Assembly (NCBI GenBank): GCA_004431415.1
Contig: QPMI01000171.1
Location: 1-24,403 of the forward strand
Reading direction: 5' to 3'
DNA: 24,403 bases
Source: Cyanophora paradoxa CCMP329
Taxonomy: Eukaryota; Plantae; Glaucophyta
In this document: piece after piece, positions 20,161 through 24,403 of the stretch
How the letters are laid out: every line of letters begins with the position of its first letter
Position numbering within the stretch: position 1 is the first letter of the stretch
Made by a program: the position numbers and the translations under genes
The notes under the pieces: model-generated
Told to the model about the DNA's origin: nothing
Databases searched by the model: none
What the model saw: only the letters and a program-made list of their open reading frames with translations

Positions 20161-20815
20161 GAGGGACCCGCCGATAAGCTCCGTCCGTCGTCTCCTTCCT
20201 ACCTCGGGAGTAAGCTAAGACCGATGAGTGGCAGCCGGCCGGGATTGTCACCTTGACGCGCGCGCTCCCTCGCGTCGACACGCCCCTCGGACGCTCAAGC
20301 TCGACCACAGCTGCTGAGAGAGGCGCCTGGGCTGCTTTGCCCAGTTTGGAAGGAGCGCCCGTGATCAACGGCTGGCGGACGCGGGATGCCGCGTTGCGCC
20401 TTCTCTAGCCGTATGTCTCGGTGTGTGCGAATTCATTTTAACCAGCAGCGTCCCGCCATGGTATACGTATGAGACGTCGCCGGCTTTCATTCGCTGCCAG
20501 CGAGCGCTGCTCTAGATCTCAAGCCGAGCTTTGCCGAGCTCCTCGGCGCCTTCCGGGCTCGCGATGGGGACGGCTGCTCCCTTCCGAGTTCCCACCAGCC
20601 CCCTCTATTCAAATTCGAGTATCGGAGTCGGGGCGCGGCGCGTGGTCGGCGGTGTGAAAGGGCGTCGGCCGCGGCTGAGCCCAGGCCCTGGAGCAGTGCA
20701 CGTGGGCGGAAGCCCGAGGAGCCGTCTTCGAATCATGATCAACTACTGAAATGATCAACTACGTATATGTGTTGGAATCATTCTGTGTGTACCACGATCA
20801 ACAGTTAGAGGTTGC

Positions 20816-22456
20816 TCAGTGCTCCGGAGAGAGAGGGAGGCCTTCGGGGAGCGGGCCCAGTCGGGAGGTCCAGAGGACGGGTCCCGGGGTCTCCACCTCC
20901 ACGCTTGTGCCAGTCAGCTGCGCAGCCGACAGTTCTCAGGCTCAATCGAGGCTTGAGCGCTCACCTCTTTACACACAGGCGAAGGTCCATCGCGCACCTC
21001 GTTAGACACGCTCAGGAGCTGCCCGAACTGGAGGGGTCGCGAGGGGTCCAGCTCCCACTTGAGGCCACGCGTCCGCACCGACAGCGACCCAGCCCCAGGG
21101 TGAAGCAGGCCCACCTGCCCGCTCTCGAACCGCGGGTCCAGCTGCAGCTGCGAGGACGGCAACAATATTATTGGCAAGCAGAGTCTCAAATTCGTCGAGG
21201 AGCAGCAATTCCGGCGGCGCACGAGATGGAATCCGGCTGGGAGGCACGTCACGAGCGAGTCCCGCCCCAGCAACCTGCACCGGAATGTCAGGGGCACGCG
21301 AATCGAGAGAGGTGGGTCATGCGAACGTCAGGGGACGCGGGTGAGCGGATGCCTGCCCGAGATGTTAGAGTCACTGACGATAAAGGGGGTCTCTGAAGGC
21401 AAGGATGCGAACGAGGGCCATTGCGTCATTCTGCCAAAATTAAAGAGCGTCAGTGATCATCGGAGAGAGCCGCTGGCATTAATGAGCGAAGGAGCGAACG
21501 CACGATAGTCGCAGCTCCTGGTCAAGCGGCCACCAAGGGCGCCAGTGATGCAGACGAGCACACAGTCCTGTAGGCGACGCTCATCCCGTGAATGTCAACT
21601 CCATTCAAACCAGGCAACGAACCTGCCACAAGCACGCTGCGCAATCCACTCGTCTACAGCCGCGAGCGCCTTGTGAGCCGCCGAACGATCGTCGTGCGTA
21701 TCTGGAAGCCCCGTCAGACTACCAAATGCTCAAATGCCAGCGGAGGCCGAACCCGAAATGAACGAGACCCGCGCCCGAGCGGCGTTGACTGTTTCCCGCG
21801 CGCCTGCTCGGTGTAGAAGCTCCTCACGTCGGCGCGCATGCTCGAGAGATCGCCTTGACGACGTCCGGCACGTAGCTGCGGCGGTTCAAAGAATTGATTG
21901 CATCAACGCAACAGCCAAGAAACGCGGACGCACATTTCGAGCTCACCAGCGCACTCGGCGCTCAGAGTGTCGAACAGGTCGTTCATCGCGCACGCATCGG
22001 CAACGACGAACGAAGCGCTCCGCCACAGGTGTCGGAGAACGGGACTGCGCGAAGCAGGCCTGACACAGGGCCGCCCGTGGTGACCTGCGACCCGTGGCGC
22101 ACCTCTGGGGGCCTGGCAGAACGATGAGCGCGAGCAGCGCCTCACGCCCATCCGGCGCCACCAGAATCTTCTTCCCGACCCGTGGCGAGATCTGCACGAC
22201 TCGAATGGCACGCGGGCGGCAGCGCAGGCGGCGGCGGCGCAGAAGGTGACAAGCCAGCGCTGCGGGCGCACGAAATCGAAGACATTCCCCACGTTCATGA
22301 CGTGCTTCTCGAGCGTCTGCAGGGCGCGCGTCTCTGCAAGTGCGTTTGAGCGGGCGGTGCAAACAAGACTAGCGCCCGCCGGCCCGCACCAGTGGCGAGG
22401 GCGGCGTCCGAGGTCTTGAGCTCGCTTCCTGGATCGCGCGGATCGAGGAGGGACAT
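20816..22456 (-). CDS. Thiamine pyrophosphokinase (TPK1)-like protein with degenerate catalytic motifs
   Basis: LALIVLPGP; VLRHLWRSASFVVADACAMNDLFD; YVPDVVKGDLSSMRADVRSFY; ITGALGGR(F)DQ; VRTRGLKWELDPSRPLQFGQLLSVSNE|LTGTSVEVETPGPVLWT, colinear with eukaryotic TPK1. Start 22456 (an in-frame ATG at 22627 is also possible); stop 20816-20818. Confidence 0.85.
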
Positions 22457-22667
22457 CGTTCTGAGCGCTTGTTCCGGGCAAACTTCCGCACTGGGGTACG
22501 TTTGCAATTCATTCAAGTGGGCGCCAACTTGCCGCCAAGCCACCCAACCGCGCAAGCAGCCTTGCATCAGAGGATCATTCGTAGCGCCGGGCGTCCACTG
22601 ACGTGCAGCGAGCCTCGCCTGCGTCATTTCCCCGCTCGAGCTGGCCCGCTCCGCGGCGGACGATCAG

Positions 22668-23684
22668 ATGGCGGCCGCGTGCTTGGAAAGCGGGGCCGTG
22701 CGCTGGAGCGAGCTCCGCGGTCGCACGTCCAGGTGCGCGCCCTGAGCCGCCGGCGCCCACCGTGCGGTCGAGCGGCGCCGTGGCAGCGCGGTTCTGCACG
22801 AGGGCCTCAGGAGGCGCTGTCTGCTGCGCATGAAGAATGCGAGAAACGAGCACGTACGGCAATGCAGGGGCTCGGAATCACAGGCAAGCCTGGCGTGCCG
22901 CGCTATGCATCGCAGCTGATGCGGGCACGGCAGGGCGCAGTTTTGGAGAGGCAGCTGGCTGAAATCATAGCGAGCGAGCGAGGAAGCGTCGACTGGGAGC
23001 GCGAGCGGGCCACGTATCATCAGCTTCGCGTCCGCGCAATGAACTCGGCTGGCGTCGCGGTGCAGCCGTCCGATGAGGAGCTCTTGCAGTTCCTCACCGA
23101 AGAGCTCGCCCGCGAGATCAGAGCAGAACGTGCCCATAAACTCCTCTTCCCTCAAGCGCGCCAAATCTGATGTCGCTGCAGGCGAGCTCCTGCAGTACGA
23201 GGACACGGAGGCGTTTGAGGAAGCCGACGCACAGTCACAGCTTGCGCATATTCCGCCTGATGCGGAATGTGGTCATGCGGACACGGAGATGGTAGAAGCG
23301 TGGGAAGATCCGGCCCGGCAGCGCGCGGAGTCCTCGCAGACATGCGTCTGCCCGTGTGTCGTCGCGCCCCCGTCCTGCAAGTCGACGATGGGCTGCGCTG
23401 CCCCCAGCTCTGCGGATTCGAGTCCAGGACGGGGGTTCGCAGCACGCGTCGATGGGCCGTCCGAAAGATTTCTGACCTGGTCTGCAGGTGTCCCCGGCCC
23501 AGCTAGCGTCTAGTCTTGCGATGGCCTCTGCTGCACACAGGTGCCAGGCCCGCGCCCGCGCCGAATCACACAGTGACCCTCGTGCAGGACGGACTGCACC
23601 GGGACCCTCTCGTGCTTCTGCGTTCCTCACGTTGGCCTACATATGCTCTGCAGCGTGTGCGACTTCGAGGCGCCAGTCTTGTAG
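22668..23684 (+). CDS. RPAIN: RPA-interacting protein (RIP/RPAIN) homolog
   Basis: N-terminal LRRRCLLRMKNARNEH|LMRARQ; acidic middle DEELLQFLTEELAREI..ELLQYEDTEAFEE; C-terminal Zn-finger pattern CPVC..LRCPQLCG..H.C..LHMLCSVCDFEAPVL* (TAG 23682-23684); canonical introns. Confidence 0.8.
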
Positions 23685-24004
23685 GGCTCCGCTCTTGCTC
23701 CCCGAGTCCGTCCCTGCATAGCATGGCGAGATCCAGATAAATAGCGATTCCTTCATGATCAGGTAAATTTCAAGCACTCAGCAATACATCAGCTCTCACA
23801 GATTCGAAGCAAAAAAATATGCCATGCTGGCAATGTGCACGGAAAACGGCTGCGCCCTACCGTAATCTAGATCTACAACTGCTGCGAGCGGAACTAGGGG
23901 GATGCGAGAGATAGCGCACGCCGATGGGCCGGCGCCGGCATCGAGCCTCGGAGCGCGGGGGCGGGATGGGTAAAGCGGCCTTGCGGGGCCGCGGCCGGGG
24001 ATCA

Positions 24005-24403
24005 TCAACGGTGGGACTTGGAGCCAGAGAAGAAGTCGGCGATCTTGGAGAAGAAGCTGCGCTCTCGCTGCGCTGCGGCATGGACTTGAGGCGGGTCGCG
24101 TTGGGCGGCAGGTCCAGGTTCACGCCGGGCTCCGCCGCCCGCAGGATCGCCTCGACGCGGACGGCCACCTCGGACATCGGCGGCCGCTCGTCGGGCCGCT
24201 CCGCCCAGCACTGCTCTATCAGCGCGATGACTCCTCGTTCACGTTCTTGCCGGGCTTGAGCTTGCTCGCCGCACCCCCTTGGTCGCCACGCCCATCGCCG
24301 CCTCCAGCGGGGTCAGCCGCCCGTAACGGCAGGTCCCCCGTGATGATCTCCACACTGCGCCCCCGCCCGCCCCCGCGTCAGCATCGATTTATCTGCGCGG
24401 GGC
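24005..24403 (-). CDS. C-terminal exon of a TKL/Raf-like protein kinase (subdomains IX-XI); 5'-truncated by the window
   Basis: Acceptor (CTGAC..GCAG) at ~24356, then WEIITGDLP(Y)GRLTPLEAAMGVATKG..VIALIEQCWAERPDERPPMSEV..SFFSKIADFFSGSKSHR* after indel correction. Confidence 0.85.

Noticed and set aside
1-24403. Frameshifts in nearly every gene suggesting pseudogenes or programmed frameshifting
   Set aside because: They are mostly single-base losses, often in short runs, spread across unrelated genes with intact motifs and splice sites; uncorrected long-read error is the simplest explanation.

Overview
Gene-dense eukaryotic (protist/algal) nuclear DNA with many short (~45-100 nt) spliceosomal introns (GTGCGC/GTGAGC-type donors, CTGAC/CTCAC branch points, (G)CAG acceptors). 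The style is reminiscent of the glaucophyte Cyanophora, but that is inference only. Frequent 1-nt deletions break nearly every gene and look like long-read assembly errors, so the supplied ORF track is mostly spurious and I rebuilt the models by hand. Eleven genes in order: 3' end of an unknown gene (+); unknown gene (-); TPR/GT41 (OGT/SPY-like) glycosyltransferase with an apparent signal peptide (+); VIT-vWA (VWA5A-like) protein (+); type-1 microbial rhodopsin with a ~190-aa N-terminal extension (+); ABHD11/YbfF-like hydrolase (-); USP36/42-like deubiquitinase (+); secreted, probably GPI/tail-anchored protein (-); degenerate thiamine pyrophosphokinase homolog (-); RPA-interacting protein (+); 3' end of a TKL/Raf-like kinase (-). 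Top observations: (1) the rhodopsin gene and the apparently unrelated surface-protein gene 9 kb away sit behind diverged copies of the same ~420-470-nt promoter + non-coding exon + 5'-UTR intron cassette; (2) the rhodopsin has a DTN motif, Ser at BR position 215 and a large unassigned N-terminal domain; (3) the USP gene has a duplicated, alternative last catalytic-domain exon giving short vs RGG-tailed isoforms; (4) the GT41 and TPK homologs have remodelled active sites.
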